Source: Chiloscyllium plagiosum
Taxonomy: Eukaryota
Direction: 5' to 3'
NCBI RefSeq assembly: GCF_004010195.1
Contig: NC_057719.1
Coordinates: forward strand, 31,446,370 to 31,510,369
DNA length: 64,000 nucleotides
Shown: piece after piece, positions 52,124 to 64,000 of the stretch
Numbering within the stretch: the stretch's first letter is position 1
How the letters are laid out: each line of letters begins with the position of its first letter
Notes under the pieces: model-generated
Told to the model about the DNA's origin: nothing
Seen by the model: only the letters and a program-made list of their open reading frames with translations
Database searches by the model: none
Program-made: the position numbers and the translations under genes

Positions 52124-54512
52124 ATAGAATATAGAACAATACAGTTCAAAACAGGCCCTTCAGCCCTCAATGTTGTGTCGACCGGTGAACTAATCTAAGC
52201 CCATCCCCCTACACTATCCCATCATCATCCATGTGCTTATCCAAGGATCGTTTAAATCTCCCTAATGTGGCTGAGTTAACTACATTGGTAGGCAGGGCAT
52301 TCTGCACCCCAACCACTCTGAGTAAAGAACCTGCCTCTGACATCTGTCTTAAATCTATCACCCTTCAATTTGTAGCTATGCACCCTCGTACATTATCCTA
52401 GGAAAAGGTTTTTCACTGTCCACCCTATCTAATCTTCTGATCATCTTGTATGTCTCTATCAAATTCCCTCTTAGCTACCTTCTTTCCAATAAGAACAGAC
52501 CCAAGTGTCTGAGCCTTTCCTCATAAGACCTTCCCTCCAGAGCAGGCAACATCCTCGTAAATCTCCTCTGCACCTTTTCCAATGCTTCCACATTCTTCCT
52601 GTAATTGGGCGACCAGAACTGTACACGAGTGCGGCCACACTAGGGTTTTGTATAATTGTAGCATGACATTACGGCTCCGGAACTCAAATCCTCTACCAAT
52701 AAAACCTAACACACAGTGCTTTTAAGGAGACATACAACCAACCTGGGTGGCAACTTTCAGGGATATATGTACATAGACTCCAAGATCCCTCTGCGCACAC
52801 ACAAGACCTAGAATCTTTCCATTGACCCAGTATTCTGCCTTCCTGTCATTCTTCCCAAAGTGAATCACCTCACATTTCTCTGCATTGAACTCTATTTGCC
52901 ACCTCTCAGCCCAATTCTGCAGTTTATCCAAGTCCCCCTGCAGCCTGCAACATTCTTCCACACTGTCCACTACTCCACCGACTTTAGTGTCATCTGCAAA
53001 CTTACTAGTCCATCCACCTATGCCTGCATCTAAGTCATTTATAAAAATGACAAACAGCAGTGGCCCCAAAAAAGATCCTTGTGGCACACCACTAGTAACT
53101 GGACTCCAGGCTGAATATTTTCCATCACTCTTACAGAAAGCCAGTTTCTAATCCAAACTGCTAAATCACCCTAAATCCCATCCCTCTGCATTTTCTCCAA
53201 GAGCCTACCATATGGAACTTTATCAAAGGCCTTACTAAAGTCCATGTATACCACATCAACTGCCCTACCCTCACCCACATGCTTGATCACTTTCTCAAAA
53301 AACCTCAATGAGGTTTGTGAGACGTGACCTGCCCTTGACGAAGCCATGTTGACTATCTGCAATCAAATTGTTACTTGTTAGATGATTATAAATCCTATTT
53401 CTCATAATCCTTTCCAAACCTTTTCCTATAACAGACGTAAGGCTCATTTGTCTATACTTACCTGGGTCATCTCGACTGCCCTTCTTGAACAAGAGCACAA
53501 CATTTGCAATCCTCCAGTCCTCTGGTACTAAACCTGTAGACAATGATGACTCAAAGATCAAAGCCAAAGGCTCCAACACCACCTCCCTAGCTTCCCAGAG
53601 AATCCTCGAATAAGTCCCATCTGCCCAAGGGACTTGTCTACTTTCACTCCTAGAATTGATAATGCCTCTTCCTTACTAACCTCTATCCTTTTTAGTCTAA
53701 TATTGCGTATCTCATTCTTCTCCACTACAATATTCTTCTTTTCCTGAGTGAAAACTGATGAGAAATATTCGTTTAGCACCTCTGATCTTCACAGGATCCA
53801 CACACAACTTTCTACTTATGTCTTTGACTGATCCTATTTCTACCCTTGTCATCCTTTTATTTGTCACATACCTATAGAAAGATTTAGGGTTCTCCTTTAT
53901 TTTACCTGCTCAATACTGTTCATGTCCTCTCTTTGCTCTTCTTAACTCTCTCTTTAAATCCTTCCTAGCTAATCTGTAACTCTCCATCGCCTCATCTGAA
54001 CCATCTTGTCTCATTGGCACATAACCCTCCTTCCGCTTAATAAGAGCTGCAATTTTAGTAAACCACAATACCCTTTCATTATCACTTCCTCCCTGCTGAC
54101 AGGGTCATACCTGTCAAGTACATGCAATATCTGTTCCTTTAAACCAGCTCCACATTTCGATTGTCCCCATCCCCTGCATTTTGCTACCCCATTCTATCCT
54201 AAGTCTTGCTTAATCGCATTATAATTGCCTTTTCTCCCATCGATAACTCTTGCCCTATGACATGTACGTATCCCTTTCCATCGCTAAACGTAACTGAATT
54301 ATGGTAACTCTTTCAAGTGCTCACCTACCACAAAATCAAACACCTGGCCTGGTTCATTACCAAGCACCAGATCCAGTGTGGCCTCCCCTCTTGTCGGCCC
54401 TTCGACATACTGTGTCAGGGAATCATCCTGCACGCATTGAACAAATACTGATCCATCTGACATGAGAATTACAGCATTTCCAGTCAATGTTGGAGGAAGT
54501 TAAAGTCCCCCA
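52124..54512 (-). mobile_element. CR1 LINE ORF2 (distinct tail subfamily)
   Basis: Minus ORFs TRGEATLDLVLGN, DWRIANVVLLFKKG, YMDFSKAFDKV and PQGSFLGPLLF..KFADD; (ttctat)n tail. Confidence 0.93.
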
Positions 54513-54849
54513 ACTTTAACTCCCATCTGAGATGGGTCTTCTAATTTGAACAAATTGGGGAGAAACTAACGATTTCAAGGCGAGAAACACAGTCCATTGC
54601 TGCCTTTGGGAAGATGGGCAAGGCTGGAACCAAGAGGATGGAGGTTCAGTGACCTGGCTGGTTGAACTATGGTGCTTGATTGACTGACTAATTTTTGAAG
54701 GATGAGAAGGGGGTGTGCATCTTGGTCATCATTACTGAGGCCACATTTGTGACATTGATTAGTGCCAATTCAGAACTGTTCCAAAGGCAAGAAACTTAAT
54801 TGGTGAGATTTAAACACAGAATTGAGAGAAATTTCGTTAAAGGTCTGAG

Positions 54850-55040
54850 AGGTGACTCTGTTCTCATTGAGAAAGGTGTTTGTAAATGGGATGGCTGGTG
54901 GTGGTTTAACCTGAGGGTTGTCATGACATGGGTAAGGGGAAAAATTGATGAGAGTCCTTCGTTGTAACCTCAGTTGAACGCATATTGTTGACATTACTGC
55001 ATTGTAAACGAGTTGTCAAGCGAACCTGGCTAACCAACCT
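54850..55040 (-). mobile_element. Decayed tRNA-derived SINE (another family)
   Basis: Reverse complement reads ggttggttagcc...ctgaggttac...caaccctcaggttaaaccaccaccagc. Confidence 0.45.
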
Positions 55041-55440
55041 CCTCTATTTCTAAAGAATGTGTACTTCACACAACATGTTTGTAAATAATACAATATTTAC
55101 TACAGTCATTGATTTTATTTGAGTTACTCAACTGCTGCCTTCAAACCAGGGCTTTTGTTAGCTTGCTGATTTATTGTTTATTTAATGTGAAATAAAATGT
55201 TATTTCTTTGTTAAAGTCCCATAGCCTTTGGAGTTGATCACAATAGTTTAATGAACTAGCCACTGAGACACAGGTGTAATAGTTTTCATTCCATGGAAAT
55301 ATCTGCTGGTTCATAAACTTTAAGTACCTTTATTGTTCTGTTTCATCCTTTCTGCTTAATTTTACAAACTTTGCCAAGACTTGTTTGTCTTAATGAAAGT
55401 AAACTGCATATCCTTATTGAAAGTAAAGAAGGTTATCTAA

Positions 55441-58400
55441 AGTCATAGAGTCATAGAAATGTACGGCAAGGAAAAAGACCCTTCTGTTCAACTCGTCCAT
55501 GCCGACCAGTTATCCCAACTCAATCTAGCCCCACCTGCCAGCACCCAGCTCGTATCACTCCAAACCCTTCCTATTCATATATACCCATTCAGATGCCTTT
55601 TAAATGTTGCAACTGTACTTGCCTCCACCACTTCCTCTGGCAGCCCATTCCATGCACACACCACCCTCTGAGTGAAAAAGTTGCCCCTTGAGTCTCTTTG
55701 ATACCTTTCCCCTCTCACCCTAAACTTATGCCTTCTAGTTTTGGACTCCCCCAACCCAGGGAAAGGACCTTGTCCATTTATCCTATCCATGCCCCTCATG
55801 ATCTTATAAACCTCTATAAGGTCACCCCTCAGCCTCTGACACTGTAGGAAAAACAGCCCAAGCCTATTCAACCTCTCCCTATAGCTCAAATCCTCCAACC
55901 CTGGCAACATCCTTGTAAATCTTTTCTGAACCCTTTCACGTTTCACAACATCCTTCCAATAGGAAGGATACCAGAATTGCATGCAATATTCCAAAAGTGG
56001 CCTTACCAATGTCCTGTACAGATGCAACATGACCTCTCAACTCCTGTACTTAATACTCTGACCAATAAAGGAAAGCATACCAAACGCCTCCTTCACTATC
56101 CGATCTACCTGCAACTCTACTTTTAGGAAGCTATGAACCTGCACTCCAAGGTCTCTTTGTTCAGCAACACTCCCTAGGGCCGTACTATTAAGTGTATAAG
56201 TCCTGCTAAGATTTGCTTCCCCAAAATGTAGCACCTCGTATTTATCTAAATTAAACTCCATTTGCCAGTCCACAGCCCACTGGCCCATCTGATCAAGACC
56301 CCTTTGTAATCTGAGGTAACCTTCTTTGCTGTCCACTACACCTCCAATTCTGGTGTTATCTGTAAACTTACTAACTGTACCTCCTATGTTCATATCCAAA
56401 TCATTTATATAAATGATGAAAAGTAGAGGACCCAGCACCAATCCTTGTGGCACTCCACTGGTCACAGGCCTCCAGTCTGAAAAACATCCCTCCACCACCC
56501 CCTCTGTCATCTACCTTGAAGCCAGTTCTGTATCCAAATGGCTAGTTCTCCCTGTATTGAATGAGATCTAACCTTGCTAACCAGTCTCCCATGGGGAATC
56601 TTGTTGAACGACATACTGAAGTCCATACAGATCACATCTAACGCCCTGCCCTCATCAATCCTCTTTGATACTTCTTTAAGAAACTCAATCATGAGACATG
56701 ATTTCCCACACACAAAGCCATGTTGACTATCCCTAATCAGTCCTTGCCTTTCCAAATACATGTGCATCCTGTCCCTCAGGCTTCCCTCCCACAACTTGCC
56801 CACCACTGACATCAGCCTCACTGGTCTATAATTCCCAGGCTTGTCCTTGCCATCTTTCTTAAATAGTGGCACCACTTGTGACTATCGATTATACAAATAT
56901 TTCAGTAAGAGCCCCAGCAATCACTTCCCGAGCATCCCACAGAGTTCTAGGGTGCACCTGATCAGGTCTTGGGGATTTATCCACTTTTATACATTTCAGG
57001 ACATCTAGCACTTCCTCTTCTGTAATATGGACATTTTTTAAGATGTCACTATCTAATTCCCTATGTTCTATATCTTCCATGTCCTTTTCCACAGTAAATA
57101 CTGACGCAAAATACTCGTTTAGTATTTCCCCCATTGCCAGCGGCTCCAGACAAAGGTGGACTTGCTGATCTTTGAGGGCCCCTATTCTCTCCCTAGTTAC
57201 CTTTTTGTCCTTAATGTATTTGTAAAAACCCTTTGGATTCTCCTTAACCCTATTTGCCAAAGCTATCTCATGACCCTTTTTTGCCGTCCTAATTTCCCTC
57301 TTGAGTATACTCCTACTGGCTTTATACTCTTCTAAGGATTCTCTCATTCTCTCTTGTCTACACCTGACATATGCTTCCTTCTTTTTCTTAACCGGACCCT
57401 CAAATTTCTCTAGTTATCCAGCATGCTCTACACCTACCAGCCTTTCCTTTCACCCTAACTGGAATATACTGTCTCTGGACTCTAGTTACCTAATTTCTGA
57501 AGGCTTCCCATTTTCCAGCCATCCCTTTACCTGCGAACATTTGCCCCCAATCAGCTTTTGAGAGTTCTTGCCTAATTCCGTCAAAATTAGCCTTCCGCCA
57601 ATTTAGAGCTTCAACTTTTATATCCACTCTCTTATTTTCCATCACTATTTTAAAACTAATTGATTTATTGTCCCAAAGTGCTCCCCCACTGACACCTCAG
57701 TCACTGTCCTGCCTTATTTCCCAAGAGTAGGTCAGGTGTTGCACCTTCTGTAGTTGTTACATCCACATACTGAATCAGAAAAATTTCTTGTACGCACATA
57801 GCAAATTCCTCGCCATTTCAACCCTTAACATTATCGCAGTCCCATAGTTTGGAAAGTTCAAAATCCCTTACCATAACACCCTATTATTCTAACAGATAAC
57901 TGAAATCTCCTTACAAATTTGTTTCTCAATTTCCCACCGACTATTGGGGGTCTATAATACAACCTCAGGAAGTTGATCAACCCTTTCTTGTTTCTCAGTT
58001 ACACCCAACTAACTTTCCTGGATGTATCTTTGGGAGCATCCTCCCTCAGTACGGCTGTAATGCTATCCCTTCTCAAAAATGCCACTCCCTCTCCTATCTT
58101 GCTTCCCTTTCTGTCCTTCCTATAGCATTTGTTTCCTGGAATATTAAGCTGCCCCCCTGAGCCACGTTTCAGTAATTGCTATGATATCCCAGTCCCATGT
58201 TCCTAACCATGCCCTGAGTTTTTCTGCCTTCCTTGTTAGGCTTCTTGCATTGAAATAAATGCAGTTTAATTTATCAGTCCTACCTTGTTCTCTGCTTTGT
58301 CCCTACCTGCCTTGACTATTTGACTCGTCTTTGTTCTCAACTGTACCCGTCTCATATTGATTTCTTCCTCACTATCTCCCTGGGTCCCACTCCTGCACCT

Positions 58401-58810
58401 TACTAGTTTAAATCCTCCTGAGTAGCTCTAGCAAATCTCCCTGCCAGTATATTATTCCCTTCCAATTCAGGTGCAATCCATCCTTCTTGAACAGGTCACT
58501 TTTACCCCAGAAGAGATTCCAATGATTCAAAAATGTGAATCCTTCTCCCATACATCAGCTCCTCAGTCATGCATTCATCTGCTCTATCCACCTATTCCTA
58601 CCCTCACTAGCTCGTAGCACCGGGAGTAATCCAGATATTACTATTCTCGAGGACCTCTTTGAATTCCTGCCTAACTCTGTATTCTCTTTTCAGAATCTCA
58701 TCCTTTTTCCTTTCCTGTCTGGTTGGCTCCAATGTGTACAATGACCTCCTGCTGGTCCCTCTCTCCCTTGAGACCATTCTGCACCGTATCTGACACATTC
58801 TTGATCCTTA
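55441..58810 (-). mobile_element. Near full-length CR1 (HER1-like) LINE, frameshifted
   Basis: ORF1 esterase remnant at 58410-58790, then endonuclease, RT (NYRPV, QHGF, PQG, FTDN) and C-terminus in consecutive minus ORFs; tail (ctatgact)n. Confidence 0.95.
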
Positions 58811-58844
58811 CAAAGAGATTTTGATCAATTGAGTCAAAGGTCGG

Positions 58845-59240
58845 CACTTTTTTCTTTGGAGCGTAGGAGGTTGAGGGGTGACATTATTGAGGTTTATAAA
58901 ATCATGAGCGGCAAAGATAAAGTGAATATCTAGGATCTTTTCCCTAGGATGGGGGAGTTTTAAAGTTGTGGGCATATTTATAAGGTGAGAGGAGAAAGAT
59001 TTTAAAAGAACATGGGGGTGGGGAGCGCAACGTCTTTGTGCGTGGAATGAATTGACAGAGAAAATGGTTCGTGCAGAACCATTACAACATTTAAAAGACT
59101 TTTGGACAAGTTCATGAATAGGAAATGTTTAGAGGGATACGGACCAAGTGCAGGCTGGTGGTACTAGTTTAATTGGTGTACTTGGTCAGATTGGACTGGT
59201 TGGACCAAAGATTTCCTTGCTGTGTAATTATGATGCTATG
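58845..59240 (+). mobile_element. CR1 3' fragment
   Basis: LFSLERRRLRGDIIEVYKIM followed by a tail. Confidence 0.8.
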
Positions 59241-59913
59241 AAACCTTTAAATAGCTGGAGAATAGCTTCATGTTGATGTCCAGTGAGAATAGTCATAAAT
59301 TAATAGTAACTCACTTGTGAAGTCAAATAAAAGCTGGAGTTATTTGTGAAGTCAAATAAATGCAGCATTTTAAATATTCAAACTTGCTTTGCATTCCAGT
59401 GAGGTATAATTATACTGTAAAAAGAAACATGCATTACAAATAATATGTGCATTTTGTTCATATTTAGAAGGAAACATTCATTTCTGTCTTCTCCTTATGA
59501 TTGATCCATGTTAATTAATATGTTTCTGTCAACATTAGAAATCAAAAGAAGATTAAGCCCAGGGTGCTTTTGCTCTCCATATGAAAATACTAAAACTTAA
59601 AAGTATGATTTGAAGGTTTTTTTTGATTTATTCATTTTGTGGGATGTAGGCAATGCTGGCTGGTCAACATTTATGGCCCATCCCTAGTGGCCCTTGAGAA
59701 GGTGGTAGTGAGCTGCCTTCTTGAACTGCTGCAGTCCACTTGCTGTGGGTTGACCTACCATGTCATCAGGGAGGGAATTTCAGGATTTTTGACTCAGCGA
59801 CAGTGAGGGAATAGTGATATATTTCCAAGTCAGGATGATGATTGGCTTGGAGGCGAACTTGAAGGTGGTGGTGTTCTTGAATATCTGTTGCCCTTGTCCT
59901 TCTAGATGGAAGT

Positions 59914-60507
59914 TGTTATGGACTAGGCCAGACCACCCCCCTCCCCACAAAGCCTTACAAGAAGGTAGCCCAGACCCTAACTTTACTAGTTGTTTAAGCA
60001 AGTGTAAGGTGGGTATTCCAAGACAGAATCAGTTGGTCAAACCACTTAGTTTTAAACAAAACAGAATGTATTTATAAAATTACCAAATGAAACACAAAGA
60101 ACAAAAACAGAATATCAAATAACTTATCCGAAAACCCAACAAATCATCACTCTTAATGATGCTGTTCGAAAATACTTGCAACAGTCTCCATAAACACCCC
60201 TTGGCACAAAAGGTAAAATCAAACACAAGTTCTTACAAGATGGGAGTCAGTGAAAGAGAACCAGCCTGAGCTTGCTTTCGAATTCCAGCAGAGTTTCTAC
60301 ACAACTATTTCTAAAAGAAACCAAACCAGAGAAAAACTGAGCTGGGAAAACTTGAAAGCTTTCTGCCTGCGGCAGTATCTGTTAGCTGTAAACAAGTTGG
60401 CCTTAAAACCCATCCAAACTCAGACTTTTCAGAACTTGTGTTTTTACGACCTCTTGAAGAAAAAACCAAGGACAACCTAACCTTGTTAAAGGAGCAGCTT
60501 CATCACG
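59914..60507. mobile_element. Probable solo LTR inserted in a LINE
   Basis: 594-bp insert TGTTATG...CATCACG flanked by an aagt duplication (59910-59913, 60508-60511). The host LINE resumes afterwards. Confidence 0.7.
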
Positions 60508-61427
60508 AAGTGGTCATGAGTTTGGGCGGTGCTGTGTGAGGACCTTTGGTGAATTTCTGCAGTGCATCTTGTAGATCCTGCTGCTACTGAGCATTGGTAG
60601 TGGAGGGAGTGGATGCTTATAAGGCTACATATGAGTCAAGTGGCTGCTTTGTCCTGAATGGAGTCAAACTTCTTGAGTGTTGTGGGGACAGCACTCATCC
60701 AGGCAAGTGAGGAGTATTCCATCACACTCCTGAATTGAGGCTTGTAGGTGATGAGGAGTTAGGTGAGTTACTCGCCACAGTATTCCTGGCCTCTGACCAG
60801 CTCTTGTAGCTGTTGTATTTATGTGGTGAGTTCAGTTGAGTTTCTGATTAATGATAACGTGCATGATGTTGATAGTGCGGGATTCGGTGTTGGTAATACC
60901 ATTGAACATCAAGGGGCGGTTGTTAGGTTGTCTTTTGTTAGTGATGGTCATAGCCTAGCACTTGTGTGGCACAAATGATACTTGCCACTGGTTAGTCTCA
61001 GCCTAGATATTGTCCAGAGCTTGTATTTGGACATGGATCGCTTCAGTGTCTGAGGAGTCGCGAATGGTGCTGAACATTGTGCAGTCATCAACGAACATCC
61101 CTACTTCTGACGTTATGATGGTGGGAAAGTCATTGAGGCAGCTGAGGATGTTTGGGCCTAGAACACTATCCTGAGGAACTCCTGCAGAAATGTCCTGGAG
61201 CTGAGATGACTAATCTCCAGTAATCGCAACCATCTTCCTATGTGTCAGGTATGACTCTAACCTCCAGAGAGTTTTCCCTGTGATACTCAGTGATTCTAGT
61301 TTTGCTAGACCTCCATAATGCCACACCTGGTCAAACGTAGCCTTGATGCCAAGGGCTGTTTGTTCGTTTTTGAACCAAAGTTGTCAGGAGCTGAATGGCC
61401 GTGGCAGAACCCAAACTGGGCATCACT

Positions 61428-61623
61428 GGTTTGTTCAATTCAGTTGCATGACACTGTAATCATTTGCAATAAATTCTGTGTCTTATAATCCTGCTCCACA
61501 GCTACCTGATGAAGGAGCAGCACCTCGAAAGTTAGTACTTCCAAATAAACCTGTTGGAATATAACCTGGTGTTATGTGATTTTTTTACTGTGTTCCCCCA
61601 GTCCAACACCGGCACATCCACAC
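61428..61623 (+). mobile_element. Penelope-like family 2 terminal repeat with hammerhead core
   Basis: TSD catcact (61421-61427, 61624-61630). Core tac-CTGATGA-ag-gag-cagcac-ctc-GAAA-gtta-gta at 61503-61537. Confidence 0.8.
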
Positions 61624-63406
61624 CATCACTATGCAAGTTATTGCTGAGCAGGTATTGTTTGATAGCACTGTTGATGAAACTTTCCATCCCTTTTACTGAT
61701 GATTGACAGTAGACTGATCGGGCAGTAATTGGCTGGGTTGAATTTGTCCTTCTTTTTATGTACTTGGGTAGTTATCCACATTGTCGAGTAGATGCCAGTG
61801 TTGTAACTGTATTCGAAGAGTTTGACTAGGGGAACGGCAAGTTCTGGAGAATAAGTCTTTAGGATTATTGCCGGAATGTTGTAGCCTTTGCAGTATCCAG
61901 TGCCTCCAAGTGTTTTTTGATGTCACATGGAGTAAATTGAATTGGCTGAAGAACCTGGTATCTATAATGCAGGGACTATTGGATGGGGACCGAGATGGAT
62001 CATTCACTCGGCACTTCTGGCTGTAGATTATTGCAAAATCTTCAGCCTTATCTTTTGCACTGATGTACTGGGCTCTTCTGTCACTGAGTTTAGGGATATT
62101 TATAAAGATGCCTCTTCCAGTGAGTTGTTTAATCATTCATCACCATTCATGACTGGATGTGGCAGGACTGCAGAGCTTAGATCTGGTCCGTTGGTTGTGG
62201 GATCGCGTGGCTCTCTCTATTACTTACTGCTTATATTTTTTGGTATGCAAGTAGTCCTGTTTGGTGGCTTCACCAGGTTGACTCCTCATCTTCAGGTATG
62301 CTGGTGCTGGTTCTGGCATGCCCTCATGTACTCTTTGTTGAACCAGTGTTCATTCCCTGGCTTGACATTCATGCTTGAATGGGGAATATGCTGGGTCATG
62401 AATTAGAATTTGCGATGGAGTACAATGCTGCTGCTGTTAATGACCCACAGCACCTCCATGGATGCTCAGTCTTGAGTTGCTGGATATCTTTGAAGCGTGT
62501 CCCATTTGTCTCAACAAGAACTGTTGCTCTTACCGATACTATCATGGACAGATGCATCTGCAGCTGGCAGATTGGTAAGGATGAAGTCAAGTATGTTTTT
62601 CCCTCACCACCTGTCCCAGCCCTAGTCTAGCAACTATGTCTTTCAGGACCCGATCAGCTCAATCAGTAGTACTTCTGCCGAGCTACTCTTAATGGTGGAC
62701 ATTGAAATCCCCTACCCAGAATACATTGTGTGTATTCCTCAGTGCTAACCTCAGTGCTTCCCCCAAATGTTGTTCAACATGGAGGAGTATCGATTCATCG
62801 TCTGAGGAAGGATGGTACGTGCTAATCAGCAGGAGGGTTCCTTGCCCACGTTTAACTTGAAGCCATAAGACCTCATGATGTTCCAGAGTCAATGTTGAAG
62901 ACTCACCGAGCAACTACCTCCTGACTGTGTAGCACTGTGTGGCCACCTCTGCTGGATCTGCCTTGCAGGTGAGACAGGATATATCCAGGGATGGTGATGG
63001 TGGTATCTGTGACATTTTCTCTCAGGCATGATTCTGTGAGTATGACTATGTCAGGCTATTGTTTACCAGTCAATGAGAAAGCTATCCCAATTTTGGCACT
63101 AGACTCCAGATGTTAGGAGAACTTTGCAGGGTCAACAAGGCCATTTCTGCCACTGTCTTTTTCGGTGCCTAGGTGGATGTCAGGTGATTCTATGGTTTCA
63201 TTTCTTTGAGACCTTGTAATTCGTACAACCGAATGGCTTGCTGGGCCATTTCAGAAGGCGGTTGAGAGTCAATCACATTGTTGTGGGTTTGGAGTTCCAT
63301 GTAGGCCAGAGCAGACGAGGATGGCAAATTTCCTTCCCTTAAGGACATTTGTGAACCAGATGGGATTTTCTGACAGTTGGCATTGATTTCACGGTCATCA
63401 GTGAAT

Positions 63407-63908
63407 GTTTTTTTTATATAGATATTTTTATTAGAAATTTAACATTTTTACAAGTTTACAAAAATAAACAAAACTTCAGATATAAACATTGATATACAAT
63501 TAGCTCAAATATACAATATCCAAAATTTAACAAAAAAAACAAAAAAAAAACAAAAAATAAGAAAAAATAACAAACAAAACTCAACTATCTACTAATCTAA
63601 CCTACAACTAACCAGAGTGTATATTTAAGTCTCTTACGTGCTCGGAATGTGTTAACATCAGATGTAATAAAACCCGTATTCGTGCGGAATTCCTCCCCCC
63701 GAGGGGCCCCGGATCAGCCAGGTTTGTAATCTCAATTAAATAAAAGCCCTTGTTAGGATAGCCGAAATATCTGTATTTATGTAATTCAAGAAGGGCTGCC
63801 ATATTTTATAAAATAATTCGGTCTTTCTGTGCACCATATTTGTAAGGAAGTCAAGGGGAACACATTCCATAATTAATCTGTGCCAATTGAAAGTCCAGGG
63901 GGCCCTCA
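63407..63908 (-). mobile_element. L1-clade LINE 3' end, 5'-truncated
   Basis: Minus frame NWHRLIMECVPLDFLTNMVHRKTELFYKIWQPFLNYINTDISAILTRAFI*, then a T-rich 3' UTR and a poly(A) seen as a T-run at 63407-63415. Confidence 0.75.
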
Positions 63909-64000
63909 GCGGCTTGTTGCTTTTTAAAGAGGGAATGTATTTACAATGCTTTAGTCTTGATTATATTTGTAACTTCAACCTTTTAATTTTTAAATAAGGC

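Larger units (their letters stand above)
59625..63405 (-). mobile_element. Near full-length decayed CR1/L2-group LINE
   Basis: APE motifs EVLWLQVK...YHP...WVGDFNVHH (62689-62913), AKDKAEDFA and RT remnants. 3' tail at 59625, 5' UTR at about 63200-63400. Confidence 0.85.

Noticed and set aside
55575..57347. Run of four adjacent minus ORFs resembling an operon or active RT system
   Set aside because: These are frameshifted pieces of one CR1 ORF2, and the catalytic FADD is mutated to FTDN.
59315..59360. 17-bp direct repeat ttgtgaagtcaaataaa (CRISPR-like spacing)
   Set aside because: There are only two units in a vertebrate intron; this is a simple local duplication.
47464..64000. Further FANCM exons downstream
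   Set aside because: No splice-bounded segment resembling the next FANCM exon was recognised. It probably lies beyond the window, though a short divergent exon could have been missed.

Overview
This is eukaryotic vertebrate genomic DNA, almost certainly from a cartilaginous fish: it carries HE1/V-SINEs, Deu-domain SINEs and dense CR1 LINEs. The window appears to lie inside one + strand gene, FANCM. Eight consecutive coding exons can be spliced in frame with GT-AG junctions: 3491-3601, 4784-4882, 7392-7582, 10527-10733, 11849-12095, 17183-17337, 27486-27638 and 45189-47463. By recalled human structure they correspond to exons 7-14. They encode the C-terminal helicase lobe, the MHF-binding region and the large MM1/MM2 exon. 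The gene's start and end are not seen in the window. The introns are mostly decayed, often nested retroelements: CR1 LINEs, a second CR1/L2-group LINE, an L1 3' end, several SINE families, Penelope-like elements, probable solo LTRs and Tc1/pogo-type MITEs. There is also a tRNA-Asn(GTT) pseudogene. The most notable non-genic signal is a set of Penelope-derived terminal repeats with minimal hammerhead-ribozyme cores. They occur as short palindromic insertions with target-site duplications, and their inversion or truncation points cluster at the ribozyme core. I found no convincing wholly new multi-gene system. Most ORFs in the supplied track are retroelement fragments or spurious. Repeat boundaries are approximate and were read by eye.
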